NCBI GenBank assembly: GCA_038496445.1
Contig: JALMLS010000448.1
Location: 124,001-188,000 of the forward strand
Reading direction: 5' to 3'
Length of the DNA: 64,000 nucleotides
Source of the DNA: Trichosphaerium sp. ATCC 40318
Lineage: Eukaryota; Protista; Tubulinea
The notes under the pieces are model-generated. The model searched no databases and was not told where the DNA came from. It was given only the letters and a program-made list of their open reading frames with translations. Below, piece by piece: positions 36,953-49,216 of this stretch. The position numbers and the translations under genes are program-made. The stretch's first letter is position 1, and each line of letters opens with the position of its first letter.

Positions 36953-39936
36953 TTACATGTTCATTTTAGCAGGAGGCACAACAACTCTTTTTGAATCCTT
37001 AGGTACTAACCTCTTCTTAAAAACAACTTCACCATTTTCATCTATTTTTTCTACTTCATGACCTGGAGTGAAAGAAGGTTCAGAAACCTGAAGCGCTTTC
37101 AATTCTTTTGTGTTTCCTTCTTTTTTCTTACTATCTTCTTCATCATTTTTTACATCAACAGGGATTTTCTCTTTTTCTTCTTCTTTTTTAATACCCTCAA
37201 TACCTTCTGTTCCACCGGTAGAAATACTTTTTGTATCGCTCTTTTCTTCATGTTTCTCATCATTTGATTTTTCTTGCTCGATCTCTAAAGATTTTACTTC
37301 GACAGATTTGAAACTTGTTTCATCCTTTACAGGCTTCTGTTCAATATCCATACTATTATCAACTCCTTGCTCACCATCATCGTCATCACTTGATAATCCT
37401 TCAGTACCCATATGACACATATATATAACAGGCATTGTGTAATGAGCATCAAGAAGAGTTCTAAGCTGACCCAAAGGTGTTGCGTTTAGAATAACACTTC
37501 CTGTCTTATCTGTGAAGTAACATGTATGATATTGTAATTTTCCAAAAGCCATTGTAGACTTTAATATACGTATCATATCACCAACAACTTTAGCATTTGA
37601 AGAAACCAAGTCAATCTTTTTTCTTACCTTTGCAAAATCAATAATAATTTTCTTAGGTGTCTTGTCACGGATTGTTTTTTTAATCGTCATATCCATAAGA
37701 CGTGAATCTCTTAACCTCTCTGATAGTAGACCTTGAAAGTGTCTAGCAGCTAGAGTACCACGCATACGTTTTCTTGGTGGAAGTTCCTTACCAGGAGGTC
37801 TTTTTCTTTTCCTCTTTTCGCGGAATCTCCCCAACATTACAAACTCATTAAGTGCGTCATCTTCGTAGTCATCTTCATAGCACTCTTCCTCTTCTTCTTC
37901 TTTTTCTTCTTTACCATTATTTTTATAGTACCCATCTTGATTCTTTACAAAGGGAATAAGATGAACTCTAGACATGGAACGCAATCTAAGAGGACATTCA
38001 CCGAATTGAGTACCAAAATGTCCTTGTGAGTGTCCAGATGACTTGACAGGAGTTATAGGTAATATACCATCTTCCATATCTTCTTTGAGCCTGTATACCT
38101 TGCTAACAGGTACATGTAATACGACAGCCTTATTATTTGTAACAAAATCAAGTGTCTTAAACTTTCCAATGTACTACAAACGATGTTATTCAAAAGTGCT
38201 CGAAAAAAAAAAGCATTTCATCCCGAAACAAATAAATCCAATGGTGTATTAAGTAACTGATTCATCGTCTCAGTATGTTATTTTGTAGGAATAAGATAGT
38301 ATTGAAGATGAATTAAGAAAATTTGAAAATGAGTATTGCGTCAAGAAAGGTAAAAACAAAAATAATGCAATCATATTTTGCAGTCAAAATATTTTTGTTT
38401 TTGAGCGTTTTAACTTTTCTGATGACCACATACCTCTTCGCCTATCTTTATTTGAGCCTCCGTAATGAACACTCTATCAGTTTTTTCCAAAAAACTTGAT
38501 AATAAAGCACGTTGTCTTGCTTTTATATCACTCTTTGGTTTATCATAATCATCTGTATTATTATGTTTGCTTGGACTTGCGTAACGTAAATTAGACATGC
38601 GACGTGGCGGAGGGGAAGGATAATCAGCAAGTGTTGCCATTTGAGGGACATCTGCGAGTGTCGCCATAGTTGGCGATGGGTAACCGGCCCTGGAACTAGC
38701 TAGCGTTGCCATTTGAGGTGTAGCTAGGGTGGCAAGCGTTGGAGGCCCTGTGACTGTTGCTATAGTCGCCATTGTTGGGATCTGAGGGACGTAATCAAAG
38801 TTACGCATTGGCTAATAACAAAAAATGAGCTCTAAAGGCTTTGATTGTATGGTTAGATAGCTAGCGGGATTTTTCCGCTCCGTAACGCTTTTTTAAAGAA
38901 GTAGCGATATGAAGAGATGAAATAGAAGAGATTTGAGGCGGTTTTTGTGATAAAAATTTGATAAAAGGTGCTACAGAAGGAGAAACTAAATACCTCCAGT
39001 TTCGGTTGTATAAACATCATTCCAGGACCTTCTTCTGTTCCAGAGGACTCGTCTTCGTCACTGCTTCCATCACTTATCTGTACAGGTGCCGTTTGAGCAG
39101 TATACACCGGCTGCATTGGGCGACCGTAGCCCTGGTTTAAGATGGAGTGAATTGAATGCTTTTGAAAAGCTTGTTGGTTTCCGAACGTCTACAAAGGTAA
39201 CGGTCAGTGGGAAACAACTCCTTATGGGTATGCGATGATAATGCCAAGATGTATTGAAAGAATAAGGGAAGAAAAAAAGAAAAAAAACTACAAGAAAGCA
39301 CGTGTTCTTTGGTGATTGGAACAACGTGTCACTTTTTGTTTAGTGTAGTTTTGTGTTGTTTGTAATGCTACGGAGTACTAAATATTACCCGCAAAAACGG
39401 TAGAATAGCATCACTATACATTGAATCAAGTATATGGTATTGTTTTTTTCAAGATCAGAAAATACGAAGGCTTTGATGTCGAAGTGAATAGATTTCTGAT
39501 TTTGAGCCAAAAAAAAATACAATGAAAAGTGAATCGAACAATGTTCAGGCAAAATCTAATTTAGAAGCAGTTCTATTCAATGTACACTGGCTAAAAATAC
39601 CATGTGTTCGTACTAGCGATCTTTTTTGAACAACAACTTTTTGGTGTGCGGAGATTGGTACCGTTAAAAATTTTGTAGTGAGCAAAAATGGTTTTCGTTT
39701 TAACAGCCTTATTCGTTGTTTTTTTCTTTAGCACTGCAAGCAAAAATGGCGTACTGGTATTCCTGGCATAACCATTGGTGCCATGTCACGTTGGGCTTGG
39801 GCACGCAGTATATGCTGATGCATAGCGACTGATTACGAGTTAGTAGATACAAAAACAAACTGAAATAAGTACGAAATGGAGGTGGTTCATCAGGTGCTCT
39901 GTTTGGTGGTCTGCCGGCTTGGTATGGACTAGACAT
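36953..39936 (-). CDS. Multi-exon hypothetical protein (Pro-rich N-terminus, MATLA repeats, acidic and basic tracts)
   Basis: Phase-0 junction KIGEE/YIGKFKTLDF links ORF 38410-38808 to ORF 36953-38077. Joining of the upstream exons is assumed from strand and spacing. No family recognised. Confidence 0.55.
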
Positions 39937-40658
39937 TGTCTAAAAACTGGTCGTTGTGTTGTTTTTGGTTCGTAATGGAGAGCCGAAAAGTGCTGTTGTA
40001 GGTGTTATTTGGAATACGCCTAGAAAGTGTGAATACAATGTCGTTAATGCAGCTATTAAGTTTTAACGCCGAAATGCGTTTACAAAATAGTGTATTAGGT
40101 CTGTGATGCAAGATCTAATAGCTGAAGCGTATTCTTCAAGGTACTAGTTGCAATAAATGCATTTTGTTTATAACTGCTTCAAAAGTACGCGCGAAGGTTC
40201 GCTACTCAATTTATGTACAAGTTCAGTGCGTGGGGAAGTGCGTACAACTGATTAAAGCATTTTCGATGCAAGAACAATTAAATAAATGTTTGTACGTGCC
40301 TGTAGTTTGTTTTCCTTTCTATGACGTAAAAACAAGACGTGCAGTTGCTCTAACGTGTGAAACCGAAATTGTCAGACCTTAGTTGACTTGCGTTTTTTAT
40401 TCTTTTCTCCTACACGTTATGAGGCACAGGCGCCTTTAGATACGTGGTGAATAGTTGTGAAGCACTCGGAGATAAATCCACGTTAAAGTTTCAGAAAAAC
40501 ATCAAAACTCATTTACAATCAGCCACAACACTTAGTGTCTCTTGTCAATAAGTCCAAGTCTACAAAAACCAGTGTGAATTTCATAACGGTTTTTTATGGC
40601 GGTCTTTATACAATTTATCACGTGTTCTTTTTTTTTTTTTCTTATCTTATCTTAGTCC

Positions 40659-42506
40659 TCAGTCCCCTTTGATTTCTTTTTCTGTGGAGTAGAACTGAGC
40701 ATACCATCGCCTGTATCTCATTATTACTCCTTCTTCTTTTACAAGCACAGGCTTTCGTCTGTGGATCTTGTTATTCCATATTGGGATATCACGTTCAAAC
40801 TGCCTTAGCATAAACTGTAGAAATAATTTTCCAATCCACATTGGTACCCATCGTGTGCCATACATATAGTGTTTAACACACTGATGGTACTTACCCTAAA
40901 ACCATTAATTTGTTAAACACAAAATCCGCAATATTCTCCACGTACTAATGGTGTAACTGTTTCGACGCTAACTAAGCGTCCCAAGAGTGGTATATGTACA
41001 ACAAACGTTACAATACCTAACGAAATGAAAAATAAGAAAATAATTTCTGAACAAAGATCCCCATAAAAAGTTGATAACACAACACAAACAAAATTTCTAT
41101 ATCTATGCTTACCAGGTCCTACTTGGTTTATATTTGTTCGTATCCACATATCCAAGTCATAGCCGAAAATTCTAAACGCTTGGCTAATGTACATGTCTGA
41201 CATGAATTCTCTACCTGGACCGCCTGCGTCCCACGCTGCATCCCATCTACGAGCGTTTTACTAAAAACATCACGTCATAAGACTTGTGTACCTATGTTCG
41301 AGGATCCATTGAAGCCACACAAACGCGAAAGATCGGTGTACAAAGGACAAGTGATGAATATCAGCACCATTTTCAGGAATATCCTATAACGCCACTTTAT
41401 TATTCCGATCGAGTTGTGCGAAAGTTCTCGTCCAAAAATACCTGTATGTGAGCATATACATGGTGCTCTGACTTCCCGTGGAAGTAAACGTTCTTAGTTA
41501 CATCTATATCATCAAGCACAGGAGGCTCCCAACATGGGGAAACTTTTGAATCTTCATGATAAAAAAAGAACAGAAGGCCATGTCGTTCTAAAACTGGGTA
41601 CGATCGCACTTTAGCAGCTTCTGGTATGTTTCCGGATGTGTAGGGAATATCTATACATTGCCCCGAACCATCGAAGCGCCACCCTATAAGGAACTGGTTA
41701 GCCAAGGGTGATATTTAACAGAATATGTTTTACACTAACCATGAAATGGGCACTCCAAACAATCCCCGATAACCTTTCCACCAATAGCCATATTAGCCCC
41801 AAGGTGAGGGCAATACGCTTCAGTAACATGTGCAGTACCATTGTCATCACGCCATACAGCTAAATGTTCACCAAGACGCTCAAGGTATTTAACTTCACAC
41901 TTCTATGTTCATAAGGTTTTAGCATAAAACAAAAAAATCCAACAACACAGATTTTTCATGCTCAAAAAAAGGATTGTTGTAGATACCTTAAACGTGCTTC
42001 CAAGGCCTAAGTTGAACCATCCATTAGGGAACCTATTTTCAATAAATCAAAAAATAACAACAGATGTATGACGCAAAAAAACTCTAATTTTTCGATTTTT
42101 GGAATGGGTGCTAAACGTTTTTTTTTTTTTTTGGTCGTAAAATATAAAACCGAGAAAGCGAAGACAATCACTAATCTACATTCAAATTGTTTTCATCTTT
42201 TCGTGCGCTTACGGTGGTGGAGCGTTACCAATTTTTCTTGCAGTATTTACTGCTGATTTTTTACTTCCAATAGGTTTCTTTAGCGTAGTGAGCGATAGAA
42301 AGAGCGTTTTTCTTGTGAATTAATGTAGTTTTGTAGTGAACGTTGTTTTTATCATCTCTATGTGCACTTACCCCTTTGTATTTAATGTCAGAAGGCGTAT
42401 AAAGTATCTCATACGCCTTTTTAGCAAATACCCAAAATAACGCGGCTAAAAGAGCTAAACTCAGGTAAAACTGATATATTACGCTCTCACTACTGTCTTC
42501 AAACAT
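40659..42506 (-). CDS. Rieske-type sterol C7-desaturase (Neverland/DAF-36 family)
   Basis: N-terminal TM, PPPFPNGWF, Rieske motifs AYCPHLGAN and ECPFHGWRF, IPENGADIHHLSFVH, QFERDIPIWNNK, RRWYAQFYS. Confidence 0.9.
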
Positions 42507-43179
42507 AAGCTGTGAGGTTTAGACACTTAAAGACTGAAGAAAGCATGAAAAAGTTGCCCGAAAGTTATTTCACTCGTATACCTGAAGGTAGACTCTTTTC
42601 AAGCTCTTTACTAAACTCGGTTATTTCACAATTCGGTTTTTATTTCTCAACTTTATGCGCTAGCGGTTTGTGAACAATACTTTTAAATTCGCGAAAAGAC
42701 ACCGCAGTACTTCCTCTTGTACCACCCAAAACAAGATATTTCCTAAACAACTTGAAGCCCGTTTTTTGTGAAAAACTTTCTCAACTTTAAAAACCAAGAA
42801 AAGCTCCATCACGTGATATCTAACGTCACTTTGCACCAACTTATAGCTTCACACTACAACAACACGTAGCGACAGTTTGTTATTGTTCATGTGAAACGTG
42901 CCTCGATTTGGCCTTTTCTCGCGCCACGTGAGCCTTGGTCGAAACAGATTTATCACGTGACCCTCTAAAACGCAATGTAAAAGCAACTTGAGATGCCAAT
43001 TCTTCACAGAAAACATGTCTTTACGTGATTCTAAAAATCCCGAGGAAATTTTTAAATTCAGTAGTTGTGGGTGTGCAGTATTGTACATGATACAGCTTCA
43101 TATTGGAAACAATGACACATAGTGGTGATAAGATAAATACAATTTAATTTTTTTTTGTTCTTTTTACAAATATTTTACG

Positions 43180-44087
43180 TTATTCTCCGATTGTAAAAAA
43201 TTCGAAGCGCCCTCTCTTTTGTCTATGTGAGTTATTATATACCCATTTTGATATTTCCATTTGATATGGTTTGTTCGGCAGACTAGTCAAACCCAAAGTT
43301 GCCGGTTTTTTTGTTCTTTGACTGGTCACTGTTAGATACTGTATTCGTCGTAGTGCCTTTAGTGTAGGCTCGTGTATTTGTTTCTTTGATTTTTTAAAAC
43401 TTTGTTTGTTGGTTCTGTACATACAGTCCCGTTGCCAGACCTGTGCCATACGTTGTGTCTTGTCTTTAGTACCACCTTTTCGGTTACCAGGGCCGACGCT
43501 CGCCGGGTGTATTGTTGGCGATACAAGATGTCGGCAAGCGATAGGTAACGTTGTAGGTATCCAAGAAGGGTGTGAGTGGGGTTTTGGCGGGTTTACCCTG
43601 CTTTTTGTGGGTGTCTAAGAAAAAATTTTAGTTTCAGAAAGAAGTACTTCTAATTGTGTTCATTGTTACCGCAAGTGTACTGTTAATACACTAACGACGC
43701 GTAAAGTTAAAACCCAACAAAAGAACGACATGAAACGTGCACAAGATTATTTTCGGACCACGCCCGGCAAGGTGTAAAGAAAAAGCCGACAAAGAGGAAA
43801 GGTGAATAGACATTTTCTTTTTATGGTTCTCTTATTGAGTTATTGGGTTTTTTTTTTATTTCTTTTTCCAAAAATTCGCGTCAAAAGACGAAGAAATTAT
43901 GAACCGTCGGGCGGTCTTATTCGTAAACTAAACATGTACTTACGTTATAGAGGGGTCTGTTTTTGAATAGGCGTATTCGTTTGGTAGCGCGAAGTTGGAG
44001 TAATACGGCTGCGGCCGAATTTATATCCCCGTCTTTGAAACTGGTTGGTAGTACTAGCGGTATCCTTATTCCACATGTTTGAGCCAT
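43180..44087 (-). CDS. Two-exon hypothetical basic protein
   Basis: MAQTCGIRIP...SAAAVLLQLRA...PLYN splices (GTAAGT..TAG, phase 0) to TPTKSRVNPP..., which is continuous with ORF 43180-43449. Confidence 0.55.
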
Positions 44088-45586
44088 TTTTATTGAATTT
44101 TTGCCGAGAAGTGCTTCAAACGTCGTAAGTAAAAGATTTTATAGAGTATGTGTCACGAGAATTAAACACAAACACATAACCTTGCTACCAATAGTATTTT
44201 TTTCGGGACAGCTGTCTAGTAGCAAGTACAGTAATTGGTAACTTTCGCAGTGTTTTCCGAAAAACCGTTGAAATAAAAACTACCCACAAACGGCGCTATT
44301 TCTGGCGTTGAGATATTCATTGTAACGACGTAATAGTGTACTATGTTACGTTGGGACGATATGGGCCAATACTCCAATTAAAGCGCACACTCGCCACAAC
44401 AATGTGAGCGTGATTCGTATTTTTTTTGTCCGCAAGAACCCGGAATACAGAGGCTATCAGGGTTTGTTTAGCGTTTGGAACCAAAAAGTAAAACAACTCG
44501 GACAAACTAGGGAGAATAGAAGAATTGAAAACCCACAGTGGGTTTCAATGACGCTCCTACAGCGTTCCACGTAACTTTGCACGTAACTTTGCACGTCTCT
44601 CCCGAGTTTGGACGAACCGAAGAGTTATGTAGTACGCCATCGGGTCACAACACCTTCGTAGAGTAGTGTAACGCCATTGTTGACAACGTATACAATCACA
44701 ACTAGACGCAACAAATAACACTTTTCACTTTTCACTTGAAGTTGTTTTTGTCTGTTCAGAAAATACAACTATTCTTGTTCCATGTTTAGATCTCTTGCTT
44801 GAATGCTGTGGATTAGTGAACGGTAAGTAATACTTTCGGGTTGACAAGTAGACGTTTTAAAACGTCTATCGTAGTCTGATTGTAGCTCAAAGACTCAAAT
44901 TAAGTCATATTCACGCGCTGAAAAGGCTATCACGTGATTTGAAGCTCCAAATCGTACAATATCTATAAAACCGGTATATTTGGTTACTAACATGTACGCC
45001 ATGGTACTGAAAGGCATATTGGCAGTACCGGGGTTTTATTTGGTCCTTATATTCTTGAATTCTGAAAAAAGAAAATGTGACTTAATTGTGTAAACTAGAA
45101 CTTGCGGAGTGAAAGTAATATTTCCTCACACATTGAGTTTTAACATGCGTTATGTACTTGACGGAGGAATGCAACGGAACGTTATAGTAACTCAAAAAAA
45201 TCACGTGATGTGTTACAAATGCGTGCAACAGTTTACTAACGCGCTCCACGTACATGTGACAAAATGCTAATCAAATCACGTTGTTTCAAGCCCATATCAA
45301 CATTAGAAGCGTAACACTACGCTCACACGGAGATGTCACCATCAAAGTGAGTTATTTTACCTAAAAACTACACGTGCTTGTTGGTATTATTAGCTACACG
45401 TCTCACACGTTTACACAAAAACGGTGACATTAAAGACATGGTGTATAGAAGGAATAGAAACTATATTGAGTTTTTACAAAAAAAATACAAGGACGTGACT
45501 GAAAACCAATAAAACAGCCATCCATAAACGTTGGTATCAAAGCACAAGAGGTCCGATTCATCGGGGTGTATAACTTCCGGACCTAT

Positions 45587-46669
45587 TTAGTACCTTGGTT
45601 TCGGCACAATCTTCATAATCATATACACCCCGATAAATCCAGCGATACAAGCAATAAGAATAATCCAATACCAGAACGTTGATGATCCAGCCGCACTTAG
45701 TAAGTCATCCAAGTATGTGTTCGCTTTCTTTACAAGGTGTACATTCTCTTCAATCTTAGTACGGAGGTCATCACGGACATTCTAGTTCAAAACCACGTGG
45801 TTAATGTTTTTAAACTTTGTAGTTTTTTTTGTTGTTATTGTTCACTCACCTTTTCTTCTTTAACAGCCTTACGAAACCTCAAGGCATTTTTTAACATTTG
45901 TTCTGTCATGTGTGCCATTGCATCCGTAGTTTCTTCTTGTCTCGCTCTTATCAGGATATCAGTTTCAACGTTAGAGAATGACCAAATTGAAACTGTATTT
46001 TCACAGAAAGCAAACAAATTCGTTGACGTCGAGCTTTGATTAGGCTTACCTGTTACTCTCAATGAGCTGCATGACCACGCTTCCACGGTCTATAGAATGT
46101 CAGATAAAGTACAAATCAAGTTGTTTATCGTACCTGAACCGTCTGAGTTAGACTTGGTTTTATGTGACGTTTCAAATCGTCCAAATAGTTCCTGGCGTTG
46201 TTCAGTTTCCGTTTTGACGCTTTCCATTGATTCTGCCAGGTCTGTTGTTTCTTCTTGTTTGCTTATCTCAGAAGCTGACTCCATGCTGACGTCAGCATCT
46301 TCCATAGACTCTGAAATGCTGTTGACTGTATCTGTCGGTGCTTTTGGAGTGTTTTGACTCATCACATCTTCTATTTCGCTTAATTGTACTTCAAACGCGT
46401 CTATTCGCTCAAAATCGTCGGCAGATTGTTTTAAAATACCAATACGTTGCTTTATTTCATCCACATTCTTGCAATCATCAGCAACATGCTCAAGATAGAT
46501 GTATTTGTACCCTATGTAGCTTGCGTTTCTGAAATTTGTCATTTGACGTGTAACGTTCGGCATTTAGCCTGGTGGCACGCAATAGCCTTTGAAGATCGAT
46601 GTATTGCTCTACCATGTCAATTTTGTTACTCTGCTTAACCAATTTGACCTTTTTGTTCATAGTGCTCAT
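45587..46669 (-). CDS. USE1: ER Qc-SNARE USE1-like protein
   Basis: N-terminal DLQRLL, SNARE segment RQEETTDAMAHMTEQMLKNALRFRKAVKEEK, C-terminal TM FWYWIILIACIAGFIGVYMIMKIVPKP. Confidence 0.75.
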
Positions 46670-46943
46670 TTTTCCAACCTCAAAGCATCATATAACGCGT
46701 CGATATCAGAATATCGTTAGTACGTAACGTTTTTATGAAGAAAATGTAAAAAAATAATTTAAGACCGCTATTTACTTCGTATACACAGTTACTGAGTTAG
46801 TATTGCTTGGTTAAAAGTTACCGTTGAAAAATTATTTTTGAATCTATCGCACCAACTGTTGTAAAGGCTCCACAGCTGGTGTATAAATACTTTAATACAG
46901 TCCCAATCCGTGTTCAAGCGCTAATATATAATTTAGCTCTAAA

Positions 46944-48999
46944 ATGGCAGAAACAGAGCCTTCACCAAAAGTTCTGGAAGGACTGAAGCAGATTTTCGAG
47001 TTTGCGGTGTACTACGGCAGAACAGACTTGATAGATTGTACGCTTTCTGAAAAAAACAAAAAAAAAAGTTGAGAAACGTTAACTGGCCAAAGAGGCGCTT
47101 GCGCACTGACCACAATGTCAGCTCTTCTCTTGCGCTATTTGTCAAAAGCTTCTTTTGTTTGGTAGTTATGCCTCTAGCGATGCTTGATGCAGACGAATAC
47201 CGCATTGTTTTGACACGTGTTTTTTTTTCTTTAGGTTGTATTTTAAGTGATGAGAACATAAAAAATTGCAACCCTGACCTTAAAAGGCTATTAACAATCA
47301 ATATAATAAGAGATCACTTGCATGGTATTCGCATACAGGATACGAACAAGGTGTTACAGATGTTTCAAGCGTTAGTTCCCGAATGTTGGAGAAAAGACGC
47401 AAACTCAAATTATGTCAAAATTCAGGTGGAGCTGATATACTTTGTACGTACATTTTACCTTCCTTTCCCTCTTGACGCATTTGGTGTCCATTTTTTATGT
47501 CATAGAACTGTAGTAGAAATGCAAAATAACAAAAAAAAAGAAAAGAAAAGTAGAAAAATCCAAAGACATCTTTTCCTTAGCTTACTTCTATTTAAGATGC
47601 TTCTACACCATATGGGGCAAGAAAATCTTGATGTTAATGCTATTGATAAGCTTATTGAAGATCTTGGGCTTCTTGCTGGTGACAGTACGGTTTACCCTCA
47701 CATGCATTCTTTCCTTTAAAAACTCTTTACTGACAATCTTTGTTAGCACCAACACCAGCTTCACAAGCTGGTGATTTATTAATACATAGTGTAATACCAG
47801 AAGAAACTTTAGAACAAATAAGGGAAGATTTTACATCCGTCATTAAGCTTTTAACAGCGAACCCCAATCCACTGGTTGAGTCGGATGTTTCGAAGACACT
47901 TAAAAGAAAATTCACTGTACAAAAACATTAATTTTTTTTCTCCTCTCTCACCCTCTCACCCTATTACATAGAAATTAACAAGAGATCATAGAATAGATAA
48001 TCTCCGTGAGTGTTTTACAACATACACTAAACCTTTTTTTGTTGCTTATGGAGAGCCACAATTAGTCACAAAGAAAAAGAAAAAGGTACAAACCAATCAA
48101 TTCAAAAAAAAAAAGACAATCCCCTCCGTCCTGAAACACATCTTTTAGAGGACAGCTTCATCCAAGGTTTTAAAAGAACCTGTCAGATTACGTGCAACTG
48201 AAATAAGCCGTTTACTTAAGGATATGGTAAGCTAGATTTAGTTACTCTGTAACTATTTTTGGATGAAGCTGTCTTCTAAAAAAAAATGTGGTTTTAGGGT
48301 CATCAAGATGGTGATCATGCCATGGGTTTAATAAGAAATGGATCAAATGAAGTTGTTACTAACTTTCTAAAGGATAATAACCGACGTAAAAACCAGCCAG
48401 ATGAGATCAATGACGAAATGGAGGAGGAAAACAGGGAGGTTGCTCCAATATTTGAAGACAGTGTTTCTGAACACAGTACAACTGATGTTCCTGGCCAACA
48501 ACACAATGATGGTATGCGATTAAAATCAAGCAAGCTTGACGTCATTCTAACTGCCATATTTTTTTTTTTAGAAGCGGTGCCAACCAACACTTCAAGAAGA
48601 AAAAAAAGAAAACGAAAAAGAAATGAGATTGAAGTAGAAGAAACAAACTCAGTTGAAAAGCCACCAAAAAAAATTATGAGAAGAAAGTCTTATACCTCTC
48701 GTGGGAAGAGAAGTTGGACAGAAAAAGAAGATGCAGCATTATTGACAGGTTTGTGTTTGGGTTTTATTGTCGTTTTCCTATTTCTTTCTTGTTTTGGTCC
48801 TTTTTTCTAATCAACCTATTTTTAAGGTATTTCTCGTTACGGTGTTGGCAGATGGATAGATATACTAGCCGATGATGAGTTAAAAGATGCACTATCCAGG
48901 AGGAGTAATGTTAACTTGAAAGATCGCTGGAGGACACTAGGAAGACTGGCGCAAATTATCTATCAAAAAATCGAAGGCGGTGAAGCTATTATTGGCTAA
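46944..48999 (+). CDS. Telomere-repeat-binding (TRF-like, telobox Myb) protein
   Basis: C-terminal single Myb: KRSWTEKEDAALLTG/ISRYGVGRWIDIL...RRSNVNLKDRWRTL. Confidence 0.8.
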
Positions 49000-49216
49000 A
49001 ACAGCGCCAAAAAACAAACCCCAGCTGGCTTTTTATCCCTTTTACTGTAAACAAAAAAACACGTGCTTGTAGCGTTCATTTTCTAGAAGAAAAGAAATAA
49101 TAAAATAAAATGCCTGTACTTCTTTAAACAAACAAGTACTTGACGCAAGCTTTGATTCCTATTTCTTTTTTTGTTTTAATGTACATATATTTTTTTTCTT
49201 TTTTGTTTTAGTTTCA

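Noticed and set aside
44060-44067. GTATCCTT U12-like donor on the plus strand
   Set aside because: It lies antisense within a coding exon with no matching branch site.
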